This document shows positions 39,338-48,541 of a stretch of 54,106 nt of DNA, piece after piece. Numbering within the stretch: position 1 is the stretch's first letter; each line of letters starts with the position of its first letter. The DNA is taken from NCBI GenBank assembly GCA_905211485.1, contig CAJMAW010000002.1:1-54106 (forward strand), read 5' to 3'. Under the pieces are notes generated by a model that saw only the letters and a list, made by a program, of their open reading frames with translations, was not told where the DNA came from and made no database searches. Both the position numbers and the translations under genes were made by a program. Origin of the DNA: an uncultured Lentisphaeria bacterium. Lineage in GTDB: Bacteria > Verrucomicrobiota > Lentisphaeria > Victivallales > UBA1829.

Positions 39338-40051
39338 ATGACAAAATCACTTCATAAGACATTTGACATTCTGGAGTATGTGGTTCTGCAGTGCGGGCGG
39401 AGCGTTACGCCGGGAGAAGTTGCCTCGTATGCGAAACTGAACGCGGCGACCTGCACAAGGATTATGGGCGAACTGCTTGAGCGCGGGTATCTGAACAAGG
39501 TTTCCCGGAAGGCGGGCTATGTTCCCGGGCCGATGGTGGTTTCGCTCGGAACGCGCGACAACTGTTACCGTCGCCTTGCCGCCGCGGCGAACGAGCCTGT
39601 CCGCGCGCTTGCCGAACGCATCCGCATGAGCGTGAATCTGGCGGTGATGCATCGCGGGGAGCGGATCATGCTCAGCTTTTACTCCGCACGGGAGAACTGG
39701 ATTCCGTGGAAACGTTTTACTTTCGGGGACGATCACGCTTCGACCGCGACCGGATGGCTTCTGCTTGCCGCGATGGACGAAGATGAGGCAATGCGGATCA
39801 TTCAGGAGAAACATCTTCCGATTACGCGGCGCGATCTGGAGCTTGTTTCCCGGCGCGGATTTGTCGATTTTGTTTCACCGGAAGATTCCATCCGGGTAAT
39901 GGGGCATCTGATCCGTGCGGAGGGGTATCCTCCCGCCGCGATCGGGTTCGGCATTCGGCAAGGGGATGATCCGGCTGAGATTCTGAAACTCTCGGAAAAG
40001 ACCGCGCAGAGGATCCGCTCCAATCTGACGCGGGAAGAACGAAGCTATTGA
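39338..40051 (+). CDS. IclR family transcriptional regulator
   Basis: N-terminal IclR-type wHTH (LHKTFDILEYVV....TPGEVASYAKLNAATCTRIMGELLERGYL) plus an effector-binding-type C-terminal half. It is embedded in a long spurious ORF (37982-40051) antisense to the CDF gene. Confidence 0.8.
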   Translation: MTKSLHKTFDILEYVVLQCGRSVTPGEVASYAKLNAATCTRIMGELLERGYLNKVSRKAGYVPGPMVVSLGTRDNCYRRLAAAANEPVRALAERIRMSVNLAVMHRGERIMLSFYSARENWIPWKRFTFGDDHASTATGWLLLAAMDEDEAMRIIQEKHLPITRRDLELVSRRGFVDFVSPEDSIRVMGHLIRAEGYPPAAIGFGIRQGDDPAEILKLSEKTAQRIRSNLTREERSY

Positions 40052-40087
40052 AATTCTGAAAAAAATACAATAGAAAAAGGACGGGAA

Positions 40088-41953
40088 ATGTATCTGATCT
40101 GGAATGAACAGAACACTCCGACGGAACTGCATGCGATTCTGCGGACGCTCGGGGAGGAGTATCCCCTGGAGGAAACTTCGCAGGGCGTTCGCCTGAGCTT
40201 TGAAAAGACGGCGGAACGGGACACGCTTCGCGTGACGAAACACGGAGATGCGTTTCTTGTGACTTATGGAGATTCATCCTTCGCCGCGCGCGGCGTCGCA
40301 AACGCCTTGTCCGGACAGGAGTGCGACGAAAAGATCTGCTTCAGCACGCACGGCATTCTGCTGGACTGTTCGCGTGGGCCCGTCGTGCGGGTAGATTATT
40401 TCAAACGCTGGCTCCGGCGTCTGGCTCTGTTCGGGTACAATATGGCGATGCTCTATACGAAAGACGCATATCAGCTTCCGTGTGAGACCTATTTCGGTTA
40501 CATGCGCGGAGCTTATTCCATAGAGGAGATCCGGGAAATCGACGCGTATGCAAAACAGCTCGGCATCGAGATCATCGCTTCGATTCAGGCGCTCGGCCAT
40601 CTGGAGCCGATTCTGCGCTGGGGCGTTTATCATGAAGTCAAGGATACGGACAACGTGATTCTGGCGGACTGCGAAAAATCCTATGCTCTTCTGGAAAAGA
40701 TGATCCGCTTCTGGAGCGACGCGCTTTCCTCACGGAGGATTCATCTCGGGATGGACGAAACGCACGATCTCGGACGCGGCAGATTCATGGATATGCACGG
40801 ATATGAACGGCCGTTTGATATTTACAACCGTCATTTGAAGCGTCTCTGCGGCATTTGCACGAAATATGATCTCAAGCCGATCATCTGGAACGACATGTAT
40901 TTCCGTTATGCGAACAGGGCACAGAACTATTATGATACCGAATCGCCGATTCCGCAGGACGTGAAGGAAGCGATTCCGAAGATGGTTCAGCTCTCCTACT
41001 GGGATTACTACCATCGCGATGAGGAGACGTATCTCAGGATGCTGGAACGGTCGCGCGCTCTGAACGGCAATGCGCCGTTCATGGCGTCGGGCGTCTGGAC
41101 CTGGTCGCGCCTCTGGTATGACGCGGAGCAGACGCTTGGCACTGTGAAACCCTGCATCGACGCCTGCAGGCGCCTGGGCATCCGCGACATGCTCTACACG
41201 ATGTGGGGCGATGACGGCGGCTACTGTGAATTTGAATCCGCTTTCGCGGGTCTGGCATGGGCGGCGGACTATGCGTTCAATGCCGCGCCTTCCGATATGC
41301 GTGTGAGCTCCCTTTACCATGCGGTCTGCGGAAGTTCCTATGAACTGCAAACCGAACTCGGGAAAATGGAGATCGCCTGCCGCGAAGGGGCGAGCGGCAC
41401 ATGGTACAATGTCAATGCCGCTTCTGTGCTCTGGGATGATCCGCTGATGGGGATCGTCTGGCACGAGATGCTGGCTCGCGATCCGGAAATCTGGCACAAG
41501 GCGCTGGAGAGTTACCGGACTCTGCTCGGCAAGGCGGAGGCGCACCGAGAAGACCGCGCGGCGGGAATCGTCAATCACGCGTGGAATATTCTGAATGTGC
41601 TGGCGAAGAAGCTTGAACTGCGTCTTGTCCTTTTGAACGCGTATGCGAAACGCGACTTCTCCACACTCGGCGTTGTTGCGGAGAAATATGTTCCCGAGGT
41701 GATCGAGGCTCTTGAAGGGCTGAATGAATCCTTCCGCGTCCAGTGGTTCCGTGGATACAAGTCCTACGGGCTTGAAATCATGCAGATCCGTCTGGCGGGA
41801 CTCCGCGAGCGCTATGAGGAGCTGGCACGCCGGATCGACGAACTGCTCGACGGACGGCTCGAAAAGATCGACGAGCTGGAGCTTCATCCGGAATGTGTCG
41901 GCCTGGACGAGACACGCTACCGCATGCTGGCCACCGGCGGATGGTTTGTCTGA
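40088..41953 (+). CDS. GH20-like glycoside hydrolase (beta-N-acetylhexosaminidase family), cytoplasmic
   Basis: TIM-barrel start HGILLDCSRGPV. Also IIASIQALGHLE, and HLGMDETHDLGRG in place of the GH20 H-x-GGDE motif. No signal peptide. Confidence 0.65.
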   Translation: MYLIWNEQNTPTELHAILRTLGEEYPLEETSQGVRLSFEKTAERDTLRVTKHGDAFLVTYGDSSFAARGVANALSGQECDEKICFSTHGILLDCSRGPVVRVDYFKRWLRRLALFGYNMAMLYTKDAYQLPCETYFGYMRGAYSIEEIREIDAYAKQLGIEIIASIQALGHLEPILRWGVYHEVKDTDNVILADCEKSYALLEKMIRFWSDALSSRRIHLGMDETHDLGRGRFMDMHGYERPFDIYNRHLKRLCGICTKYDLKPIIWNDMYFRYANRAQNYYDTESPIPQDVKEAIPKMVQLSYWDYYHRDEETYLRMLERSRALNGNAPFMASGVWTWSRLWYDAEQTLGTVKPCIDACRRLGIRDMLYTMWGDDGGYCEFESAFAGLAWAADYAFNAAPSDMRVSSLYHAVCGSSYELQTELGKMEIACREGASGTWYNVNAASVLWDDPLMGIVWHEMLARDPEIWHKALESYRTLLGKAEAHREDRAAGIVNHAWNILNVLAKKLELRLVLLNAYAKRDFSTLGVVAEKYVPEVIEALEGLNESFRVQWFRGYKSYGLEIMQIRLAGLRERYEELARRIDELLDGRLEKIDELELHPECVGLDETRYRMLATGGWFV

Positions 41954-42031
41954 AAGAAAATTTGACAACAATTTTACCGGCAGCCCCAAGCAATCCGCAG
42001 CAAATTGTTTTCAAAAAAGGGAACTTCAAGC

Positions 42032-43708
42032 ATGAGCAAAGAGTCTGATCGTCAGGCGATGCATTTCATCGAAAACGAAACCCAGTTTCATCTCGGTTTT
42101 CTGCCGACGGAGCAGTCCAGCCAGCTGACGCGGAATCTGGATCGCGAATTTGCCTCCGGAAGCGGAAACGGCGTGCGCTGTCTTCAGCGCGTGGACCGCA
42201 ATGTGCTGGAAGCTGCGGGGCGTGTTTTCCGGAGCGGAGAGTTTCGGAGTCTGCTGGAAAGCATGCGGAAGACCATCGCCGAAGGGGGGAAAATCGTCTT
42301 TTCCGGCTGCGGCGCGACAGGGCGCCTGAGCATTCTTCTTGAGTGCATGTGGCGCGACTGCTGTGCGGAACACGCGGCCGCCGCGCGTTATGCCGATCAG
42401 GTGTTCAGCCTCATGACCGGCGGAGATTACGCGCTTGTCCGTTCCGTGGAGTTTTTCGAGGATTATCAGGAGTTCGGCCGTCAGCAGCTGCGTGAGATGG
42501 ACATGTCCGGCAATGACATGCTCGTTGCGATCACCGAGGGCGGCGAAACCTCCTCCGTGCTCGGGACTGTGGACGAGGCGCTCCGCCGCGGATCGAAGGT
42601 TTTTCTGATGTTCAACAATCCCGCCGATCTTCTGGCGGAGCATCTGGAACGTTCGCGGAAGGCGATCCGGAATCCCGCCGTCTGCGTGCTGGACCTCTCC
42701 TGCGGGCCGATGGGGCTTGCCGGATCGACGAGAATGCAGGCGACGACCTCCGAACAGCTGGTCGCTGGAGCCGCGCTGGAGCGGGTCATGTGTTCGCTTC
42801 TGAACGTGCCCGCTCCGGATCATGTCAGAGAGTTTGAAGCGCTTCTCGGAGAACTCGAAACGTCCGCGGACACGATCGGAGCTTATATCGACTTCGAGTC
42901 GGGGATCTACCGGAAGAAAGGAAACTATTTCGCGGACGATTTCCTCCTGGACATCTTCACCGATACGACTGAACGCTCCCCGACCTTCATGCTTCCGCCG
43001 TTCCGGAAAAAGGATGACAAGGTTTCTCCGATGCCATGGGCGTTTGTCAAGAATCCGCTGCGGACGACGCCGGAGGTCTGGGAGCATGGCATGCACCGCT
43101 CATTGCGCTGTCTGGACTGGACAGCGGAAGACTACCGACGCATGGGCGCGCCGGAGGCGATTCAGACGAATCCTCCGAAAATCGCCGCTTCGGAACTCCT
43201 GAAATTCGAGGTGGGAAACGAGTCTGTGGCGGAACGCTGCAAGTCTGGAGAGGACGGCGCCGTTCTCGTGACCGTCGGAGGAGGACAGGGAAACGGCGGT
43301 GCGGAACTTCAGAGAGCATTTGATACCCTTTCCGCCGGATTCCGCCATAAAAAACGCCTCGCGGTCGGCGGAAACGGTGCGGCGGATTTCAAAATTTCCG
43401 TCACATGCCCGGACTCTCCGCTGCATCTCATCTCCCATTTGGCAGTGAAACTGGTTTTGAATACCGCTTCGACGGGAATCATGGTGACGCTCGGACGCGT
43501 CACCGGCAACTGGATGAGCTGGGTCGATGTGACCAACAAAAAGCTGATGGACCGGGGCATCCGGATGATCTGCGAGATCGGCGGACTGGATTACCGCGAA
43601 AGCTGCAAACGCCTTTTCGCAGCGGTCGAGGAGCTTGCGGCAAGCCCGGTTCCGGCGAAGGAGAAACCTTCCGCCGTCCAGATTGTGCTCAGGAATCTGC
43701 GGAAATGA
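42032..43708 (+). CDS. long-form SIS-domain protein of the MurQ/GCKR (glucokinase-regulator) family
   Basis: Core motifs LPTEQ, FSGCGATGRLS, ITEGGETSSV and GSTRMQATT, plus the C-terminal LVLNTASTGIMVTLGRVTGNWMSWVDVTNKKLMDRGIRMI. At 558 aa it is about twice bacterial MurQ length. Confidence 0.7.
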   Translation: MSKESDRQAMHFIENETQFHLGFLPTEQSSQLTRNLDREFASGSGNGVRCLQRVDRNVLEAAGRVFRSGEFRSLLESMRKTIAEGGKIVFSGCGATGRLSILLECMWRDCCAEHAAAARYADQVFSLMTGGDYALVRSVEFFEDYQEFGRQQLREMDMSGNDMLVAITEGGETSSVLGTVDEALRRGSKVFLMFNNPADLLAEHLERSRKAIRNPAVCVLDLSCGPMGLAGSTRMQATTSEQLVAGAALERVMCSLLNVPAPDHVREFEALLGELETSADTIGAYIDFESGIYRKKGNYFADDFLLDIFTDTTERSPTFMLPPFRKKDDKVSPMPWAFVKNPLRTTPEVWEHGMHRSLRCLDWTAEDYRRMGAPEAIQTNPPKIAASELLKFEVGNESVAERCKSGEDGAVLVTVGGGQGNGGAELQRAFDTLSAGFRHKKRLAVGGNGAADFKISVTCPDSPLHLISHLAVKLVLNTASTGIMVTLGRVTGNWMSWVDVTNKKLMDRGIRMICEIGGLDYRESCKRLFAAVEELAASPVPAKEKPSAVQIVLRNLRK

Positions 43709-43941
43709 TTCCGGATCATCCTCCGTGTTTGTGCGCCGCGCCTGCTCCTTTTCCGGCCCGTCCGGGAATTGAAATCCGCAGTCAGATGACGGGACATTTC
43801 TGTCTCGGCAATGAAAGGTGTACCATCAACATCCTCTATTTTGACGGCCATGTGGAAAACATCGCATCGGATTCCGCATGGGCCCATAAACAGGCCCTTA
43901 CGGATAACAGTCCGGAAAGTTTTTTCAACATTCTCCAGTAA
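43705..43941 (+). pseudogene. C-terminal remnant of a DUF1559/prepilin-like (H-X9-DG type) protein
   Basis: The 78-codon ORF ending CTINILYFDGHVENI... mirrors [13 protein letters not shown] of the paralog 250 bp downstream. It lacks the N-terminal prepilin methylation segment. Confidence 0.5.
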
Positions 43942-43993
43942 CGGGCTTCACGCATTGGAATGCAGATTTTCCCCGGAGAAACGGTTGACGTTC

Positions 43994-44022
43994 TTGACAG
44001 ACAGCCTTTCATCAAATATATT
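43994..44022 (+). promoter_or_regulatory. sigma70-type promoter candidate for prepilin-like gene
   Basis: TTGACA (43994-43999), a 17-nt spacer, TATATT (44017-44022). This implies a ~160-nt leader containing a 7-bp hairpin GATCTTC/GAAGATC. Confidence 0.45.
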
Positions 44023-44189
44023 AAATTCCTGTTTTTATTTTATGTATAAAAACAGATCTTCATGAAATGGAAGATCCTCCTTTCGTCCGGAAGTGTTTCA
44101 CTTTCCCGGCAGAAGGGATTCTCCGTTCATAAACCGTCGGGAACCAACACCGCCGTGCTTGATTCAGAAACAGAAAGAAGGATTTTTTT

Positions 44190-44873
44190 ATGCGGGAAAG
44201 CCGTTTCACTCTGATTGAACTTCTGGTCGTGATTGCGATCATCGCCCTGCTGGCATCCATTCTTCTGCCCGCGCTGAACAACGCGAAGGAAACGGCTGTG
44301 CGAATTCAGTGCACGAACAACTTGAAGCAGCTCGGGCTCGTCTCTCAAATCAATTATCACGACAGATATTCCTACATGCTCCCCATCATGCTCAGTTCGG
44401 AATGGAATGCCGCTCAATCCTACCGTTATTCCTGGCGTCAGATCCTGCAGAAGGAACTCAATCTCATCAAAGAACCGGCTTATTTCACCTGTTCCAAGAA
44501 ATTCAAGGGAAGTTCTTACCTGTATGACGCAGGCAAATATGAATGGGAAAACCGCATGTATTTTCCCCCATATTCCTATATGGTCAAAATGTCTGCCGTG
44601 CGCAATCCCTCCCGGAAAGAACTGATTCATGACGGATATGGAAATCATAACGGCAGATGGCCCGAGTTCTCTCCCGGAAACGTCAAACGCAACCCCGACA
44701 ATCCCCCAACCACCGAAAAGGAGCTCAACGACTTTCTCTATGGCCGCCATCAGCTTCTGGTCAATGTGCTTTTTACGGATCTGCATGTGGAATCCATGGA
44801 TCCCCTCCCCGTCTGGAATGACTGCTTCGGCAGCAATCGGAACGCAAATATGTTCTGGCCCCAGTATCAATAA
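44190..44873 (+). CDS. prepilin-type N-terminal cleavage/methylation domain protein (type II secretion pseudopilin-like, DUF1559-like)
   Basis: N-terminus [29 protein letters not shown] is the classic prepilin methylation motif. The C-terminal [10 protein letters not shown] resembles the H-X9-DG family tail. At 227 aa it is short for the family. Confidence 0.85.
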   Translation: MRESRFTLIELLVVIAIIALLASILLPALNNAKETAVRIQCTNNLKQLGLVSQINYHDRYSYMLPIMLSSEWNAAQSYRYSWRQILQKELNLIKEPAYFTCSKKFKGSSYLYDAGKYEWENRMYFPPYSYMVKMSAVRNPSRKELIHDGYGNHNGRWPEFSPGNVKRNPDNPPTTEKELNDFLYGRHQLLVNVLFTDLHVESMDPLPVWNDCFGSNRNANMFWPQYQ

Positions 44874-44877
44874 TCAT

Positions 44878-44913
44878 AATCAGGGGAAGAATCAGGAAAA
44901 GAATCAGGGGAGA
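44878..44913. repeat. 3 x 12-bp tandem repeat (AATCAGGGGAAG-like)
   Basis: The three copies read AATCAGGGGAAG / AATCAGGAAAAG / AATCAGGGGAGA. A partial copy AATCAT overlaps the TAA stop of the prepilin-like gene. Confidence 0.75.
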
Positions 44914-45000
44914 GGCGCCGCCAGGATCAAGTCAAGTTTTTTCCCCTCTCCAGAAGAACCGGAAGGGAGAGAGGGAAAGAGGGAGAGGAAAAACCTCTCC

Positions 45001-46383
45001 TCAGAACTCGCGGTCAGAACGCTCTGAAAGATTTTCCCGGGCAAAACGGATTGCCTCTTCCCTGCCCGTCAGGATTCCTTCCAGCTGAAGGTCCCGGATT
45101 TTCTCCAGCATACGTCCGAGCGCGGGCCCAGGCTTCATGCCGAGCGCAATCAGATCTTTCCCGTTCACAAGCGGCCCCGGCAGGACGGAAGAATTTTCCT
45201 TCCCGCAGGCGAATTCTCTCATTCGGTCAAGCATCAGGACATAATTTCCCAGCATTCCATGCGAAGCGGTGCAGTCGATCCGGTGCAGTTCCAGTTCCAG
45301 CGGAAAATTCGGATCGCCCATCATTCTGCGCCATTTGGAGGCTTTCATTTTATCCACGCTGGCAAAGCGCATGTGGTTTCTCACGGCAGTGCAAACCTTT
45401 TCCGTCAGGGAGGAAGGCGCTTTCAAACGTTTCAGGATGCGTTCCGCCAGCGCAGCTCCCAGGGTTTCATGAGCGTAAAAATGGGGAATTCCTTCCGCAT
45501 CCCGGGAAAAAGTCTCGTATTTCCCGACATCATGCAGAAGCACGGTCCAGGCAATTTCCCTGCCGGGTACTGCAATGTGATCGAGCATCAGCATGGTGTG
45601 TTCAAAGACATCGCCTTCAGGATGATAGCGTTCCGGCTGCTCAAGAGCCCGGAGGCGTTCGATTTCCGGCAGAATCACCGGAAGAATTCCCAATTCCGAC
45701 ATCATGCGGAACGCCTGAGAAGGTCTCGGCCCCGTCAGCATTTTATCAAGTTCCTCCCGAATCCGCTCTGCGGAAATTCCTGCCAGGTTCGGAGCGAAAC
45801 GGCGGAGCGCCTGCGCCGTCCCGGGATCCAGACTGCAGCGGAAACGCAGTGCAAAGCGCACCGCCCGGAGAATCCTCAGAAAATCTTCCGACATCCGGAG
45901 CATCGGATCGCCGACGGTCCGGAGAATTCCCCGCCTCAAATCATGAATTCCCCCCGTGAAATCCAGGAGCATCCCGCGCTCCGGATCGTAGAAAAGAGAG
46001 TTGATCGTGAAATCTCTCCGCAGGGCGTCGCGTTCCGGATCATCGGTATAACACACATGCCCGGGATGACGTCCATCCCGGTATTCCTTCTCCTCCCGGA
46101 AAGCCGCAACCTCATACGGAATCCCGTTTTCCAGAACGAGCAGAATCCCGAAAGCCGCCCCCAGCGGATGCGAACGGGGGAAGAGACGGAGCGTCTCTTC
46201 CATCGGAGCGGCAGTGGCGATATCGAAATCAACCGGCTGCGCGCCCAGGAAAAGATCTCTCGGCGCGCCGCCCGCAAAATATGCGAGATAGCCCGCCTCC
46301 CTCAGACGTTTCACAATCCGGCATGCACCCTGATAGATCTCTGTTTTCCGCAGAGAATCCGGTGCTCTGAGAAAAAATTCCAT
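45001..46383 (-). CDS. cca: CCA-adding tRNA nucleotidyltransferase with HD domain
   Basis: PolyA-pol head domain GGAPRDLFLG..DFDIAT. RRDFTINSL. C-terminal HD motif LLHDVGK. 460 aa. Confidence 0.85.
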   Translation of the reverse strand: MEFFLRAPDSLRKTEIYQGACRIVKRLREAGYLAYFAGGAPRDLFLGAQPVDFDIATAAPMEETLRLFPRSHPLGAAFGILLVLENGIPYEVAAFREEKEYRDGRHPGHVCYTDDPERDALRRDFTINSLFYDPERGMLLDFTGGIHDLRRGILRTVGDPMLRMSEDFLRILRAVRFALRFRCSLDPGTAQALRRFAPNLAGISAERIREELDKMLTGPRPSQAFRMMSELGILPVILPEIERLRALEQPERYHPEGDVFEHTMLMLDHIAVPGREIAWTVLLHDVGKYETFSRDAEGIPHFYAHETLGAALAERILKRLKAPSSLTEKVCTAVRNHMRFASVDKMKASKWRRMMGDPNFPLELELHRIDCTASHGMLGNYVLMLDRMREFACGKENSSVLPGPLVNGKDLIALGMKPGPALGRMLEKIRDLQLEGILTGREEAIRFARENLSERSDREF

Positions 46384-46464
46384 GAATCTTCAAATCTTCC
46401 GCTTGCCATTTGCCTTTTGAGGCTTACAATATATATTCTTTTCGGATTTTACAAGGATCAATTC

Positions 46465-47109
46465 ATGAAAACAGCGGTTTTCGGAGGCACGTTTGATCCG
46501 GTGCACCTCGGCCATACAGGACTTGCGAAGGCAGTGCTGGAGAGGGGGTATGCGGACCGGGTTCTCTTCGTCCCGGCGGCTCTGCCGCCTCATAAGGACG
46601 GAGAGCTTGTCACGCCCTTTGAAATCAGGCTCGAACTTCTTCGGGCGGCACTGGGAAAACAGTCCGGATTTCAACTGGATCCAATTGAATCCGAAAGAGA
46701 TGGAAAATCCTATACCATCGACACCATGCGCCTTCTCTCCGCAAGACATCCGGGAGTGGAATTTCTGCTCCTGATCGGGACGGACAGTCTCCGGACCCTG
46801 CATCTCTGGCATCAGGCTGGGGAACTTGCGGAGGAATTCCGCTGTCTGATCTATCCAAGGCGCTCTGCTCCGGCGGAAGATCATGAACTTCTGAAGCACT
46901 GGCCGCGTGAACAAGTCGAAATCTTCCGGAAAAGCAGAATGACAGGCATGCCTGAATTTTCCTGTTCCTCCTCGGAAATCAGGGAAGCCCTGATCTCGGG
47001 ACATCCGGAAGAGGCGGAACAGCGGCTCGATCCTGCTGTGTTCCGCATCATCAGGGAAAAAGGAATTTATCACGGCACGGCAGACAATCAAAAACAATCG
47101 GGAGATTGA
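46465..47109 (+). CDS. nadD: nicotinate-nucleotide adenylyltransferase
   Basis: MKTAVFGGTFDPVHLGH (H-x-G-H nucleotidyltransferase motif), PPHK and ISSSEIR-like SSSEIREAL. Embedded in a long spurious ORF (45259-47109). Confidence 0.9.
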   Translation: MKTAVFGGTFDPVHLGHTGLAKAVLERGYADRVLFVPAALPPHKDGELVTPFEIRLELLRAALGKQSGFQLDPIESERDGKSYTIDTMRLLSARHPGVEFLLLIGTDSLRTLHLWHQAGELAEEFRCLIYPRRSAPAEDHELLKHWPREQVEIFRKSRMTGMPEFSCSSSEIREALISGHPEEAEQRLDPAVFRIIREKGIYHGTADNQKQSGD

Positions 47110-47114
47110 TTCAC

Positions 47115-47564
47115 ATGACGGAAAAAAATATTCCCTCCGCACCGGAGAAGACTCCGGAAAAGAAAACCTCTGTCACTCCGCTTGAAATTGCCGAGCTCAG
47201 CGCAAAAGCGGCCTATGACAGGAAGGCTGAAAATCTGATCCGGCTCGACATGACGGGACTTTCCTCCGAAAGCGATCATTATGTCATCTGCACGGGCCTT
47301 TCCGAACCGCATCTCGGCGCAATTGCGGAACGGATTCAGAGAGAAGTGAGAAATCAACTCGGAGTACGTCCACTCGCTGTGGACGGCACCCCGAGAAGTC
47401 ACTGGATGATCGTCGATTACGGTTCCGTCATGATTCATATCCTGACAGAGGACGCCAGAACGAAATATCAACTTGAAAGTCTCTGGGGAGACGCTCCGAA
47501 AACCGACATCGCCGCTCGTCTCGACGCCGAAGCGGAAAAAAGAAGACTTCACCCCTCCTCCTGA
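47115..47564 (+). CDS. rsfS: ribosome silencing factor RsfS (Iojap family)
   Basis: Shows the RsfS pattern AENLIRLDMTGLSSESDHYVICTGLSEPHLGAIAERI....WMIVDYGSVMIHILTEDARTKYQLESLW. It sits immediately after nadD, which is the conserved gene order. Confidence 0.9.
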   Translation: MTEKNIPSAPEKTPEKKTSVTPLEIAELSAKAAYDRKAENLIRLDMTGLSSESDHYVICTGLSEPHLGAIAERIQREVRNQLGVRPLAVDGTPRSHWMIVDYGSVMIHILTEDARTKYQLESLWGDAPKTDIAARLDAEAEKRRLHPSS

Positions 47565-47736
47565 GAGATGAGGAGAAACTGAGGGGAAAAAATCCCCGGG
47601 GGGCGCTTGTTTTCTCCCATGATTTCCTCTGCCTCCTCCTTTTTTCCCCCTTCCCTTCAGAGAGTCCCCACATCGGAGATAAAAGCCATCCCATGCAGCA
47701 GTCTTCACATACATACTTTCCATATCCTGATTTTTC

Positions 47737-48396
47737 ATGACCATGCAGAACAACTGGAATGAATTCGACTGGGAAAAAGAGCTCCGCAAGGATGATGAAC
47801 GCATCCATACCTACATGAGCGAACTTCCCAGATACATTGATCTTCCCGATGAAGACGGCATCATCATGAAGCAGATCCAGCGCCGCGGAGAACTTGTCCC
47901 CCACGGCGCCGCGGGGTCCTGGCCGCCGCCCTTCTCCGATGACTTCGGAGAGGACGACCCCGAAGAGGATCAGAACGATTCCCCTTCCCGCGACGACTGG
48001 CAGAAACACGAGGGCGCCGACATCTACATCCTCTCCGGCAAGCTCGCCCGCGAATTCTGCGTTCTTTACTCGGATGCGGACAGCTCCGATACGGAGGTAA
48101 CCTCGCTTTATCTTTTCATTCTCTGCTCACTGGGGAAAATCATGGCCCGATCCGGCGACATTATCGACATGCCTCCCGGGGAAGAGCTCCCCCTCCGAAC
48201 GGCGCTCTGCAAACGTCTTTTGTCCGGACTCAACGCCGTGATGGGCAAAACGCTCCGGCTTGCGGAGCGGAATCCGGAACAGTCCGACACCTTCGAGAGT
48301 CTCCTGAAAGAACTCCAGATTCTCCGCGAACGCATACTTCTTCTGCTCAGGAACTCCCGGAACGGCGGCCGTCAGACCGGAGGGAATCCGTCATAA
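47737..48396 (+). CDS. hypothetical protein
   Basis: 219-aa ORF with no motif I recognise. It has an acidic central region (DDFGEDDPEEDQND) and a helical C-terminal half. Same strand as nadD-rsfS. Confidence 0.5.
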   Translation: MTMQNNWNEFDWEKELRKDDERIHTYMSELPRYIDLPDEDGIIMKQIQRRGELVPHGAAGSWPPPFSDDFGEDDPEEDQNDSPSRDDWQKHEGADIYILSGKLAREFCVLYSDADSSDTEVTSLYLFILCSLGKIMARSGDIIDMPPGEELPLRTALCKRLLSGLNAVMGKTLRLAERNPEQSDTFESLLKELQILRERILLLLRNSRNGGRQTGGNPS

Positions 48397-48541
48397 AACC
48401 GTTTTTTCCCCATCCCATCCACACCCGCTGGAGAGACTTCCCTTCTCTTCAAAAAGCTTGCAGAAAATCTTTTTCCCGTTCGACATCGGTCCAAACAGAG
48501 ACTATATTAACAGGATTCATTCAACACAGGAAAATTCTGCC

